Positions 20,643 through 31,832 of a stretch of DNA of 64,000 nt are shown one piece after another. Origin of the DNA: an uncultured Acidobacteriota bacterium (lineage in GTDB: Bacteria > Acidobacteriota > UBA6911); contig CAWJKZ010000019.1 in NCBI GenBank assembly GCA_963843575.1, forward strand, positions 192,001-256,000, in the 5' to 3' direction. Numbering within the stretch: position 1 is the stretch's first letter; each line of letters starts with the position of its first letter. The translations under genes were made by a program, and so were the position numbers. The notes beneath the pieces are model-generated. The model made no database searches. It saw only the letters and a list, made by a program, of their open reading frames with translations, and was not told where the DNA came from.

Positions 20643-22590
20643 TTACCGATACACCCCCAGTTCGGCGATGTGGCCGGCGTCGTTGGCGCTGTTGGCGAGG
20701 ATCGTCACCCGCACATACCTGGCCTGGCGGGGAGTGAAGCGGTAGGTCTCGCCGGCGGCCGTGGCCAGGGCGTCGTCCATCTTCTCCCCCACCTGGCACC
20801 AGGCACTGTTGTCCGGTGATACTTCCACTCGATAGTGGTAGTGCCGCTGATCCCCGAAGCAGGTCAGCACCCACACGCGGCTGATCGTCTCCACCTTCCC
20901 CAGGTCCACGGTCAGCCACTGTGGCAGACCGTCAGCGCCCCAGTAGGTGCCGGGAGCCTGGTCGGTGGCGTACGCCAGCGGGTACCCGAGCCCGTGCAGT
21001 CCGGCGTCGCGGCGCGTCCAGTCGGAGCACTCACCACCCTTGAAGGCCGCCAGGTTGTCGACCGCCTCCGGCGGCCGAGCTTCTGCTTCTGGTCGGCCAG
21101 GTAGCCAGCCAGAGCCGCCTCATTGGCTGCGCGCCGTGCGGACAGCTCCGCCGCGCGGGCCTGGCGCTGGCGAGATCGCCTCGGCTGCCCACGGTGCCAG
21201 GTCGCGAGGGCCGCGGATGCGGTCAGCGGCCGGCAGGTAGTAGTCGCGGAACTCCCGGTCCTCTTCAGGGAGCAGGAAGTACTTCGCGCCACTGTGGACC
21301 TGCAGTCCCGGCCAGTAGGGAATGCGGAAGTTGGCCCCCAGCGCCCAGTCGAACATGGTCTGGTCCAGGCGGCAGTTCTCGTAGCACAACTCCCCGATCG
21401 CATTGCTGAGGCTGTAACCCGACACGACATAGCGCAGGTAGACGGGGTCAACGTGGTCGCGCCGAAGCCCCTCGCCACGCAGCAGGTAGTCGGCCCAGGT
21501 GTCCACGAAGGGGCAGTAGACGTCAACCGATCGCAGCGGGAGCGTCGTGCAGTGCACGTAGAGGCGACGGCTTCCGAGCAACTTGCGCGTCTGCCGGATG
21601 CATTCCCAGGCCTTCAGCACATCGGGAAACTCCCCGTCCCAGTACAGGCCGTCTACGCGGTACTCGCTGCAGGAGCCACCTGACCTCCTCCAGGTAGAGG
21701 TCCACGGCGTCCGCGCGCAGCTGGCCATCGGGCGCATAGGCGGGAGTGTAGTAGTAGGGCGAGCTGTAGGGCAGCACCAGGTAGCCCAGCTTGTGGGCCA
21801 GATCAATTACCTCTCGGAAGCGCGCGGGGTCTTTTGGGCTTGATGTGCTTGACGCCGAATCCGTCCCAGAACTCCAGGTGCAGGACCAGCACGTTGCCCA
21901 TCTTCCGCCAGGCGACGAGCTCCTCGTCAGTCGGCAGCGGACGGTCGGAAAGGCCCGGCGTCAGCTCCTTTGGGAACTGGTGGACGATGCGCTCTTCGCG
22001 ATGCTGCCGCCAGTTGTACGCGCGGGGCGGGCAGACGCCGATGAGCAGGGTGCTGCGCGCGGGCAGGTCCTGTCGGACGACGAACGCGCCGGCCGACTGC
22101 GCCACTGTCGGCTGCTTTGCAGCGGCGCCGAGCGGGTAGAGACCGAAGCCGCCGGAGGTGTCGAGGGCGAGGACGCCGTAAGGCTCGACCCGCAGGTACT
22201 CGGGACCGAAGCTGCCGTCAACGATGACGGACAGCGGCCGGCGCGCATCGAGACGGAGCACGGAGTCGCAGGTGACCGTGGCGAGAGGCCCCGAGGCGCT
22301 GCGCAGCTTGACGCTCTCGTCGCTGCGCTCCAGTACTCCTCAGGCCGCGCAGCGCCTCCGGACCGACCGCCAGCGACCCGAGGCGGCGCGAGGCCGCCGA
22401 TCCGCTGGGAGAAGGCGACCGTGCCCGCAGCGGGGCGGAACTCGAAGGTGGCTCCGGTCGTCGTGACCCGGAACGAAGCGCGGTCACTGGTGACCTCCTC
22501 GACGCGCATGTCGAAAGGCCAGGGCAGCGTGGCGGCGAAGGTGATGGTGCAGATGGCGGGCAACACCGCGACGGCCCACAGGCGGTGCAT
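20643..22590 (-). CDS. Secreted glycoside-hydrolase-like TIM barrel with C-terminal F5/8 (discoidin/CBM32) domain; several frameshifts
   Basis: Signal MHRLWAVAVLPAICTITFA; VLHLEFWDG, LPYSSPYY and YRVDGLYWDG; tail WLTVDLG...YRVEVSPD...W...ARYVRVT...HIAELGVY. Confidence 0.7.
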
Positions 22591-22740
22591 GACGGTCAAC
22601 CTCCAAGCGTGGTGAACGTGCGATGTTTCTGCGATCCCGAACGGGACTTTATACCTTGAAGATATTTCCGGATACGGAATTCTCAGAATTGTCCGCTGTA
22701 GCACGTCGGACTAGTGGCGTGCCACGGTCATGCTGCAAGT

Positions 22741-22931
22741 CGAGCGCTGTAAGCGCGGTACAGGGCAGCCCAGGGTGGAGGACCCCGGTTTCAGGTGTCC
22801 GGAACCCTGGGTAGAGGATCGAGACCACGCAAGCCCTGAAAGGGCGACACAACGATGTGTCGCCCTTTCAGGGCTGCGGCTCGCTTCGCTCGCCTTGGCC
22901 CTGGGCTATCCCGGCGCTTCAGCGCCTGGCG
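22741..22931. repeat. REP/REPIN-like palindromic element with a perfect 20-bp hairpin (22832-22875)
   Basis: AGCCCTGAAAGGGCGACACA-acga-TGTGTCGCCCTTTCAGGGCT, flanked by CCCAGGGT...ACCCTGGG and GCCCTGGGCT motifs. Confidence 0.8.
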
Positions 22932-22955
22932 GAGATGCTGCACTATCGGTTACTA

Positions 22956-25608
22956 CTATCGGAGGATCACTGTGTACCGGAAGTTCTCCGCCGTGGCCCA
23001 ATCCTTGGGATCCGGCTCCTGACCGAAGGTGGTGACGTGCAGAATCAGGTCGTGGGTCACCCGGTCTTCAATCAGACAAAAATTAGAGAACTGGATGTCG
23101 CCCTGGCCAAGCTGACGATCGTCGATGGCCGTGATGGTGCTGCGCCTCAGAGCTGCCTTCTCTTCGTCCACCTCGGCGATGACAAGCGGATAGCGTGGCG
23201 AATTCCCGGACGGCGGCGTGGCACTGATGTTGCCAAGCCAGTAGAGCTTGCCGGTTACTCTGTGGCGAATCATGCGGTGGAACGACGACGGCGAGTAGAA
23301 GCTGGAACCGTCATCGTATTTCCATTCGGCGGGCGCGCCAAACGTGCGGCCGCCGTCGGTGGACAGGCTGTAGAACTTGCGTCCGGGCGTCCTCGCTGCC
23401 GTGCCGTCCCAGCCGCGGGTTGAACCGCGCCACACTACAAGCAATCGACCGTCCCGCAGCTCGGCGAGTTCCGGCTCCATGAGTCCGCGCGCCGACACCT
23501 CGGGCGCAATTTCGACGCGCCCGCCGGTTGTCCAACGGTATTCATTTGCACCAGCATTCCACCGGCCGAGGAAGCACACAGATCCCATGCGCCACGGCCG
23601 CGAGTCGTTGTCCGGATCGCCGGGCGCATTTGCATGCGCCAGACAGATCACCAGACTTCCGTCCGAACGCACCAGGATGTTGTTGCCCGGATAACCTTCG
23701 TTGCGATTGAGGAAACCCGCCTTCAGCGGTTCATCCGCGTCGAAGGCGTTGCACGCTTCGTAACAAAGCTGTCTTGGCTCGCCCCACGTGCGCCCCTGGT
23801 CACGCGACGTGCGGACATAGGTGAAGTTGTGGTAGACACCTTTGACCTCAATCTGGCGCAGCCACAGCTGTACGAGGAGCATCGAAGCGGGATCAAAAAC
23901 GGTCGCGCCTTCCACTTCCGAGATCGCGACTCCCCTATAGCTCACCTTGTTTGACGGCTGAACCGGCACGAACCCGGACCATGAACGGCCGTTGTCAGGG
24001 GACCAGCGAGCCTTGATCTGTTCGCCGACGTCGGAGGTGCGCTCGATGCCATTCACCTCCCGGAGTTCGTGCTTCGGGCCGACATACTCCAGCGAGACCC
24101 AAGGTGCGATCCGAGGCGCCGGGTGTTTCAAGTAAAGCTCCTTTTTGACCAGCGCTATCGGCAGGTTGGACTTCCATGGAGCGGCTGCGGCTTCACCCTC
24201 CGCCGCACGCATCACCCGTCGGATGGCCTGAACCAGGCGCAGCTCGGAACCAGGCGCTACCCACGACCAGTCCTTCAAGTTGTCGTCGTGCTCGGCAATG
24301 TGGCGTTCCGTCGGGATGTAGCCGGTCGCCCCCTCGCCATATCCCGGCGACCAGCACGAAGCTGTCGGGCATCATGCGTTGCGCGGCAAGCTGGAATTCG
24401 ACGTACGACTCGCCGGGCAGAAGCAGCAACTGGGCAGCACCGAAATCGAGACACGGAATTTCGATGGTATGGCCTTCTGCGACGCGATGACGCCAGCTCA
24501 GACCCATCGCCGCGAGGCATTGTTGAAACGGACGGAGGTCGGCGGTAATTGTGCGCTCGAGGTCAGCGGCGGTGAAGCCAGGGCCGTCGCGCGGTTCGAG
24601 GCGAACATGGTCAACGCGGAACTCAACGTGGGAGATCGGGACGCGCCGGGTCGCGTTCCAGGCATCGACCATGGCCCTGTAGAGACGTCCGGCGAGCGCA
24701 GGGCGGTTTTCGGGGGCGCCATTGTTGTATTTTCCGGCGGTCACATTGCCCGCGCAGCCCGTGAAGTAGATCTGCTTCACACCCGGCGTATCTTCCTGGC
24801 GCCGTCGCCGGGCCAGGCCCGGGAAGTCTGCGGAGACCTCCCCTTGCCCGTAGTAGCTCATGGGATGCACGGCGTAGCCGCTCACCGCGGCGATGGGCAC
24901 GTCGCCGTCCCAGAAGCTCACGGTCTTCAGCCAGGGATCGATCAGGTTTTCAGGTGCGTCGCTGGCCACCGGGAGGCGCGTGCTGCTGGTCCGGTCGAAG
25001 CGCACCGAGCCGTCGGGTGCGAGATAGCGGCGGTTGGACCCAATTTTCTCGACCTGCGCCTGGCCCAGCCCGAGGTGAGAGACGCGCCGCGCCGAAGCCA
25101 GGGAAGCGCGCAGCGCTGTCGCCACGCGCTGCACCGCAACTTCGTGAAACGCCGGATCGCAGATCGTTCCCTTCGCATTCCGCTCCCGCAGCATCCGCTC
25201 AGCCGCCAGATCGGCCACGGGTGCGTCGTGTTGATGGACCGTGGCAACCATTACACGCTCAGACTCTGTGCCGGCAGCGGCTGCGAGGACCGACTGCCAT
25301 CGCTCAAATGCTTCATTCCGGATTTCGCACCAATCCACGGCCACGAACACCACAGGCTTGCCGACACCCAACAATACCAATCCATGCGCTTCCAGGGGAT
25401 CGGCGATGCTCTTTGAGAGCCAGGACCCGCCCATCATGCCGTGGCTTAATGGGACCGTGACATCGGCGGAGAAAGTGGCCAGGCGGAAGACAGCAGGAGT
25501 CTCGTCGAGAGCAGGAACCCGCGGTCCCGCCAGGAGTCCGAGAGAGAGACTTACGACCGCCAACGTTCGGATCCCCGGAAGCCGGAAAATCCATCTTCGA
25601 AGATCCAT
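22956..25608 (-). CDS. Secreted fusion of a neutral/alkaline-ceramidase-like hydrolase and a BNR/sialidase-like beta-propeller (frameshift near 24341)
   Basis: N-part: FSADVT.P, VHQHDAP, YAVHPMSYYG, GCAGNV, LPGESYVEFQL. C-part: Asp-boxes SPDNGRSW, SRDQGRTW and STDGGRTF. The reading GY/GEGATGYIPTERHIAEHDDNLKDWSWV links the two frames. Confidence 0.72.
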
Positions 25609-25648
25609 TCTCACTCCCAACATGGCGCAGGTCGGGGCCCCGGACAAC

Positions 25649-26755
25649 TCACAGATCATCCAGCTGAACTATCGCGCCTCCTGCCTCGACACTCCGATGA
25701 ACGGCGAGCGCGGTTCTTGTGGCCTCCAATCCGTCATACCCATCGGCATGCAGACCTGCCAGATCCCGGACGGAGCCGCCGTTCAATATGTGATTCAGAT
25801 TGTCGGCAAAATTCCGGATGGACTCGATGCCATACCCGCCATACGACGGCTCTCCCTTGCCATTCGTCCCCTCCGTGAAGAAGCCCAGATTGAAGGTCTG
25901 CATCACCGGTTCCTTCCGGCGGTGCATATCCAGGGGGTCTGCCAGGCAGCCGCGGGCACCGCGGTCCTGAGTGTCCACCTCCATGACGCCATCACTGCCG
26001 ACGATGCGAATACCTTGGTTAACTACGGCTTCAAAGCCGTCAGGCAGTATCCAGGAGGTGTCTACAGCCATGCTCGCTCCGTTCTTGAGCACCAGCTTTG
26101 CCTGAATCGAATCGTAGGTGTCGATGCCGAGCGCGACAAGTTTCTTTTTGATGCCAGTCGCAGATACGAACTGCCCATCGGATTGCACCAGCCATCTGAT
26201 GAGGTCATACATATGAACGCCAAGAAACCAGGCCGGGGAGCTATTTGCCGCCCAGCAGGGGAACCAATCGCGAGGTACCTCGATACGGTCTTCAACGTGC
26301 GCATACCCGTATTCGATTTCGCCCAGGCCACCCCGGGCCACCAGATCTCGAAGTCCGCGATGATAAGGATCAAATCTTTTGTGAAAATCGACCTGCAACA
26401 GAAGATTCCCGGCTTCGGCTGCCGCGATAATATCGCGACAACCTGTCACCGTTATGTCGAGGGGTTTTTCCACGAGTACATGCTTGCCGGCTTGCAGACA
26501 ATAGACAGCCATTTCCCGATGGAGATGATCGGGTGTGACGATCGACACGCCGTCAGGGCTGGTGTCGTCAATCATCCTCCGATAGTCCGTAAACGTGTCG
26601 ATTTCATATTGCCGCCGCCGCCTGGACAGCACAGCTTCATCGATGTCGGAAAGGCCGACCAGCTTTGCTCTCCCTTCACGCTGCATTTGGGAAAAGGCAC
26701 GAATGTGCATCTCGCCGAACCTTCCAGCCCCGATGACGGCTACCCTTGCCACCAT
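25649..26755 (-). CDS. Gfo/Idh/MocA-family NAD(P)-dependent oxidoreductase
   Basis: VIGAGRFG, TPDHLH, LVEKP, FHKRFDP and GVHMYD motifs. Confidence 0.93.
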   Translation of the reverse strand: MVARVAVIGAGRFGEMHIRAFSQMQREGRAKLVGLSDIDEAVLSRRRRQYEIDTFTDYRRMIDDTSPDGVSIVTPDHLHREMAVYCLQAGKHVLVEKPLDITVTGCRDIIAAAEAGNLLLQVDFHKRFDPYHRGLRDLVARGGLGEIEYGYAHVEDRIEVPRDWFPCWAANSSPAWFLGVHMYDLIRWLVQSDGQFVSATGIKKKLVALGIDTYDSIQAKLVLKNGASMAVDTSWILPDGFEAVVNQGIRIVGSDGVMEVDTQDRGARGCLADPLDMHRRKEPVMQTFNLGFFTEGTNGKGEPSYGGYGIESIRNFADNLNHILNGGSVRDLAGLHADGYDGLEATRTALAVHRSVEAGGAIVQLDDL

Positions 26756-26826
26756 GTCTGTTCCTCGCTCGAATCACTGTCACCAAATCCAAGAATAGGG
26801 TCAGGCGATGCCTTCCGGTTCGTCTA

Positions 26827-28170
26827 CTACCTCAAAACAGATTGAAGCGCCTTCGCGGCCACAAGAACAATAGAAAGAAGGCTCAGCCACAAAGCGACGT
26901 CGAAGACGCGTGAAGGCACCAGTCGCCGGTCGGTATGCCTGTATCGGAAGACAAACGCCTGGTAGGCCACAACCAGCAAGAACAGCGAGTTGGCAATTCC
27001 CATGAATACCACTAGAAAAAGGGGCTTCCGGACAGTCAGGTAAACCGCACCCCAGACGGAAGGGAGCAGCCAGGACAACACAGCCACGGCAACCCTTCTA
27101 TCCTTCGGATCGGCAGGGTCTAGGAGCCTGAATATTCCGAGAAGGTCCGTCCAAAGGCGAGAAAATCCGGCAGTATTTGAAAAGAGGGTCGAGAAGAGGA
27201 CCGTGAACGCGCATATCATATATACGATCTGCGATCTTTCGCCAAGAACCCCGGTGAAGATTCCCGAGAGCTGCACAATCAGTCCACTGCCATCGGCTAG
27301 GTTTCCCTGAGGCCGTAATACGGATGCTCCGAGCAAGTAGAAGCCGCAGGTCGCCACAGTATAAATCAGCATCGAAACTATCGCGTCAAGTTGCATGACC
27401 CGGATCCAGCCTCGCGCCCGCATGGCCCACTGGGGAGAGTCATCACGGGAACCGGCCCACGCTGAATAGCCTTTCTCGAGACACCAATAGGGGTACATGA
27501 CTATCTCACCGCCTGCTATCCCGGTGATGCCAAACACCGCTATGGCTAATGCCAGCCCGTCTGGAGGCAGCGCAAAGGTCAAACCGCTCGCAAGATCCTG
27601 AAGATTAAAAGCATACTGTGTCCGCAGAATGGCGAAATTGCAGTAAAGGACAGAAGAGACGAACACACAGTTTAAGAAGGCAGCCAGCTTCTCTATTGGC
27701 GCGTACCTCCCATGGCACACCAGGAACCCGAGCAGCATGACGATGAGCGCGACCAGTACTTCGATTCGGACCCGGGGCACGAGGTAGACAAGTACCTGCG
27801 CGGCTCCGCCTATTATTCCGCCGGCCCCGACGAAGCCCGCCAGGATGAAAATAAATCCGATGTATACGGTCCAATGGACGCCATGAATCCTGGGGCCCAC
27901 CGTGGCATTCCATGCCTCGAGGGAGGGCCTGCCGCAGCCGATACAATGCCGCCCATACTGCAATTGGACGGCCACCTTTGCAAAGCAGCTGAAGAGAATT
28001 ACCCACAGGAGAACGAATCCCGCCTTTGCACCAAGAGCCGTGGTGGCGATCAACTCGCCAGATCCCACGATTGCAGCGGACAGGATGAACCCCGGACCCA
28101 GAAAGCGTACTGCAGATAGAATTGTCGTCGGAGGGTTGAGGATCCCACGGGCTGGCTCTGGGGTGCTCAT
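26827..28170 (-). CDS. Nramp-like (APC superfamily) membrane transporter
   Basis: LGPGFILSAAIVGSGELIATT and YPYWCLEKGY motifs; about 11 TM segments; lacks the DPGN metal-binding motif. Confidence 0.85.
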   Translation of the reverse strand: MSTPEPARGILNPPTTILSAVRFLGPGFILSAAIVGSGELIATTALGAKAGFVLLWVILFSCFAKVAVQLQYGRHCIGCGRPSLEAWNATVGPRIHGVHWTVYIGFIFILAGFVGAGGIIGGAAQVLVYLVPRVRIEVLVALIVMLLGFLVCHGRYAPIEKLAAFLNCVFVSSVLYCNFAILRTQYAFNLQDLASGLTFALPPDGLALAIAVFGITGIAGGEIVMYPYWCLEKGYSAWAGSRDDSPQWAMRARGWIRVMQLDAIVSMLIYTVATCGFYLLGASVLRPQGNLADGSGLIVQLSGIFTGVLGERSQIVYMICAFTVLFSTLFSNTAGFSRLWTDLLGIFRLLDPADPKDRRVAVAVLSWLLPSVWGAVYLTVRKPLFLVVFMGIANSLFLLVVAYQAFVFRYRHTDRRLVPSRVFDVALWLSLLSIVLVAAKALQSVLR

Positions 28171-28516
28171 ACGGGCTCGCTCATTCTCGATCGAGGAGTT
28201 GGCGTCATGCGACTACACCGATAAGCGCGACGGATTGGGCGACAGCGTGAATAATCCCGACCATCATGCCCCGGGTATGGTTATCGCCTGTGTCGACTTC
28301 CCGGCCGTTCGCCACGCGCTGCTCCGGCAATCCGATCGTCAATTCGCTGCCGCGAGTACAGAACGGTTCAGCGCAAACAACCATCCTATGCAGGATCCGG
28401 CTGTTCCTCGTCTCTTCGGTGTATATGTGGTTAGGCTAGCACTGTTTGTCGGATTAGGATAATAGTAAACGCTCCGTTGCATGAAGTCCGGAACGCCTGC
28501 GTGCCAATCCTGGAGC

Positions 28517-30052
28517 TCACGGCACTTGCACGGTCCCGGACCGGCGGGCAACAATCAGGCTGCGCGGAGCTATGGTCCAGCGCGAGGCCGGGCGGGAATC
28601 GGAGGCATCGCAGAGGACATACGGATGACGGGTTGTGACCTCGACGGCGGTGCGCGAGAAATTCGCCAGGGCCAGATACAGGTCGCGGTTTACGAAAGCG
28701 CTGACCACCACCTGATCAGGAAGGGGTCCGGCAAACAGATCGCTGTCGGTGATCTCTAGGAAGACCATCGTGCCCCTTTCAACCATCGGTCGATAGAGCT
28801 TCAGCCATCGGAAGTACGTCGGGCGGGCCTCGGGCCGGCCCGGGCAGCTGTCCCACCACCCATAGGTGAAAGGACCCTCCGGATGAGACTTGTAGAATTC
28901 GCCTACCTTCCGCAGGTGCTGCATCCAGAATTCGGTTTCCTTGGCCGTATAGTTGACTCCAGGGACTGAGATGCGCTCCCCTGTAAAAGGGCGCCCGGCC
29001 AGAAGCAGCGGGAACTGCAGGTACGGGATCGCATGAAGATACAGCTCGTTTTCGTTCGCGATCCTGACCCGGCTCATGTCCACACAGGGAACGAGGTAGG
29101 GCGGATGGTCTTTAACGGTCTCCCGCAGGCGGTCGAGGTTGCTGACGCCCTCGCCGACCCAGAAATAGTCGTAGAGCCGGCGTCCTGCCGGCGGGCGCCG
29201 TGTCCCGTGATACCACTGACCCGCATGTAGCCACACCACGCCCCGATAGTGTTTCACCTCTTCATAGATGATCTCGAGCAAGTCCTCGAACGCTCCGTCA
29301 ACCTTCTCCGATTCCTCGAACGCGTCGAACTCATCCGGGGTAAGGGGCTGCTTGAGGGCGTAGGCCTGAGAGTAGCCGACATCGTTGTACAGCCCGTCGA
29401 CCTCGTACTCATCCAGGATTCTGCGCAGCCTGGTCAAGAGATAGGTACGCCAACCCACGCTTGCGGGGGAGCAATGAGCGTAGCGGTAGTAAACTTCGAT
29501 CAGGTCCCTTGGATCACGAGCCCACTCGGGACGAAAATCCGGATCATTGCGTTCGAAATAGCCACTGGACGTATACGGGATCAACTTCATGCCGAGCTGA
29601 TGGCACCAACGGATGAACCGCTTGAATCCGTCCTTGTTCACGGGAGTAAACTTGTCTCCGCCGAAGAGGCGTTCAGCGTCGTTCCACTCCTCATGGACAT
29701 GGATCCACTCGATACCGCCGCTGCGGAGTTCCTCCAGTTGGCTCCGGTCCCAATCATCGGGATTCCATGGCTTCCGCGCAGGGTATTCGCCCAGGTTGTA
29801 AGCGGCGTGACCCGGGACGTAGTCTCCGATCATCTGCTGCCGCATGCATTTGCGAATGGTGCGGCGGCACTCCTGGATGAAATGCAGCCGGCGCCGGTGA
29901 TCTTCGTGCGTGCCGATCACGATCGACAGACTCCTGTCGGGCAGCTTTGGAGGGTCCTGTTCCTGCCCGGTCGGCGAGCTTTGTGCCGTGCGGCCTGCGC
30001 CAAGGCCCGCCGAGCCGGCGGCCCCGAATTTCAGGAATTCCCTGCGTTTCAT
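28517..30052 (-). CDS. Tat-exported glycoside-hydrolase-like TIM-barrel protein (DUF6259/GH-D-like)
   Basis: MKRREFLK Tat motif; HVHEEWND, CHQLGMKLIPYTSSGY and YEVDGLYND. Confidence 0.8.
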   Translation of the reverse strand: MKRREFLKFGAAGSAGLGAGRTAQSSPTGQEQDPPKLPDRSLSIVIGTHEDHRRRLHFIQECRRTIRKCMRQQMIGDYVPGHAAYNLGEYPARKPWNPDDWDRSQLEELRSGGIEWIHVHEEWNDAERLFGGDKFTPVNKDGFKRFIRWCHQLGMKLIPYTSSGYFERNDPDFRPEWARDPRDLIEVYYRYAHCSPASVGWRTYLLTRLRRILDEYEVDGLYNDVGYSQAYALKQPLTPDEFDAFEESEKVDGAFEDLLEIIYEEVKHYRGVVWLHAGQWYHGTRRPPAGRRLYDYFWVGEGVSNLDRLRETVKDHPPYLVPCVDMSRVRIANENELYLHAIPYLQFPLLLAGRPFTGERISVPGVNYTAKETEFWMQHLRKVGEFYKSHPEGPFTYGWWDSCPGRPEARPTYFRWLKLYRPMVERGTMVFLEITDSDLFAGPLPDQVVVSAFVNRDLYLALANFSRTAVEVTTRHPYVLCDASDSRPASRWTIAPRSLIVARRSGTVQVP

Positions 30053-30355
30053 CTTGGACTCCCCCTATCGTAGACTCCGAAACAGTCGCGGCCCGGGACG
30101 CTGAGCTCTTATTAGTGCATCATATTTCCAACCCATGTGTCGAGGGCGAAATTGGTTCCGTTCCCAACAGAGCTGATGGGATCGATTTGCCCGGCTCTTG
30201 CGCTGCAGGTACCGGGGATACAACTTGTGCGGCCTGAGGGATTGGCCTATAAATGCATTCCGAATTCACGGAAACCTGCTCGGGTTCCCTCAGCCCTGCA
30301 GCGCATTGGCAACCCGGCCGCATCCCTGGTGTGCCTTTCTAGGAAGGGGAGCAAC

Positions 30356-31651
30356 ATGACGAGTGTTGGTGGCATCCAGTCTTACCCGAGGTCAATCGTC
30401 CTATTCCCATGCGTCTTGATATGCCTTTGCGTGGCGCCCTGCCTGGCACGTACCGGGCAATACGATCTCCTGATCAAGGGGGGGCATGTTATCGATCCGA
30501 AGAACCAGATCAATGCGGTTATGGACGTAGGTATTGCGGGCGGCAAGATCATTCAGGTGGCGCCCGGCATTGCCTCCGACCAGGCCGCAGCAGTAGTTGA
30601 TGCGCGCGGGCTGTATGTCACTCCCGGATTCGTGGATATCCACACGCACGTTTTTTGGGGCACTGAACCTGCTGCCGATTACAGCGACAGTTATGGCAGT
30701 CTTCCGCCTGATGGATTTACATTCCGGGCGGGAGTGACCACGGTCGTCGATGCAGGCGGCGCCGGGTGGAGCAATTTCCTTCAGTTCAAACAGCAGACTG
30801 TCGACCACTCCAAAACCCGCGTCCTCGCCTTCCTCAACATCGTAGGCTCCGGCATGAAGGGAGGTCCGGTGGAGCAGAACCTGTTGGATATGGATCCGAA
30901 GCTGACGGCGTTGTGCATCAAACAGAATCCCGGGACCCTGGTCGGAGTTAAAGTGGCGCACTACGAGGGCCCGGAGTGGGACCCCGTCGATCGGGCCGTG
31001 GAGGCGGGCCGGTTGGCTGACGTTCCCGTAATGGTCGATTTCGGTGAGTTTGTGCCCGCACGGCCGTTCCGAGATCTCGTGCTAGTGCACCTGCGCCCCG
31101 GGGACATTTACACGCACGCATTTTTTGGCCAGGTCCCGCTCCTCGATGCCCAAGGCAGGGTTCGGCCGTTCTTCTTCCAGGCCCGCAAGCGCGGCGTGAT
31201 TTTCGACACCGGCCACGGCGGGGCCAGTTTCCCATTCCGGCACGCAGTCCCTGCCATGGACCAGGGTTTCGCTCCCGATTCGATCAGCACCGACTTGCAC
31301 ATCGACAGCATGAATGCGGGAATGAAGGACATGCTCAACGTGATTTCGAAGCTACTCAACCTTGGGATGTCGTTGGAGGATGCCATTCTGCGCTCCACGT
31401 GGAATCCCGCCACGGAAATCAAACGGACCGATCTCGGCCATCTGAGCGTGGGAGCCACGGCAGATCTGGCTGTCCTGAACCTGCGACATGGACGTTTCGG
31501 ATTCGTTGATGCCGAGGGTGGCAGGTTGATGGGGACCAAGAAGCTCGAGTGCGAGCTCACAATCCATGACGGACAGGTTGTGTGGGACTTGAACGGCATT
31601 TCCAGGCCGGACTGGCACAAAGTACCGCCCAAGTGGGTTCCGCCGAAATAG
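30356..31651 (+). CDS. Amidohydrolase/deacetylase-family metallohydrolase (dihydroorotase-like), probably exported
   Basis: PGFVDIHTH, GVTTVVDAG, GDIYTH, DTGHGG and SISTDLH motifs; hydrophobic N-terminal segment. Confidence 0.9.
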   Translation: MTSVGGIQSYPRSIVLFPCVLICLCVAPCLARTGQYDLLIKGGHVIDPKNQINAVMDVGIAGGKIIQVAPGIASDQAAAVVDARGLYVTPGFVDIHTHVFWGTEPAADYSDSYGSLPPDGFTFRAGVTTVVDAGGAGWSNFLQFKQQTVDHSKTRVLAFLNIVGSGMKGGPVEQNLLDMDPKLTALCIKQNPGTLVGVKVAHYEGPEWDPVDRAVEAGRLADVPVMVDFGEFVPARPFRDLVLVHLRPGDIYTHAFFGQVPLLDAQGRVRPFFFQARKRGVIFDTGHGGASFPFRHAVPAMDQGFAPDSISTDLHIDSMNAGMKDMLNVISKLLNLGMSLEDAILRSTWNPATEIKRTDLGHLSVGATADLAVLNLRHGRFGFVDAEGGRLMGTKKLECELTIHDGQVVWDLNGISRPDWHKVPPKWVPPK

Positions 31652-31832
31652 TGCCGCCGGGGGACTCGCACGCCCAATTCTCAATCTTCGCATCTGTGGA
31701 GCTTTGGCAACCCATGAGACAGATTTTGGGTAACCGCTGTGGTGCCGATTCCGGCGAGACCCCCCCGGCTCCATCCGGACTGACGTCCAATTGCTGAGCC
31801 GGCCGGACCTCCGACGGTTGTGCAGATGTCGC

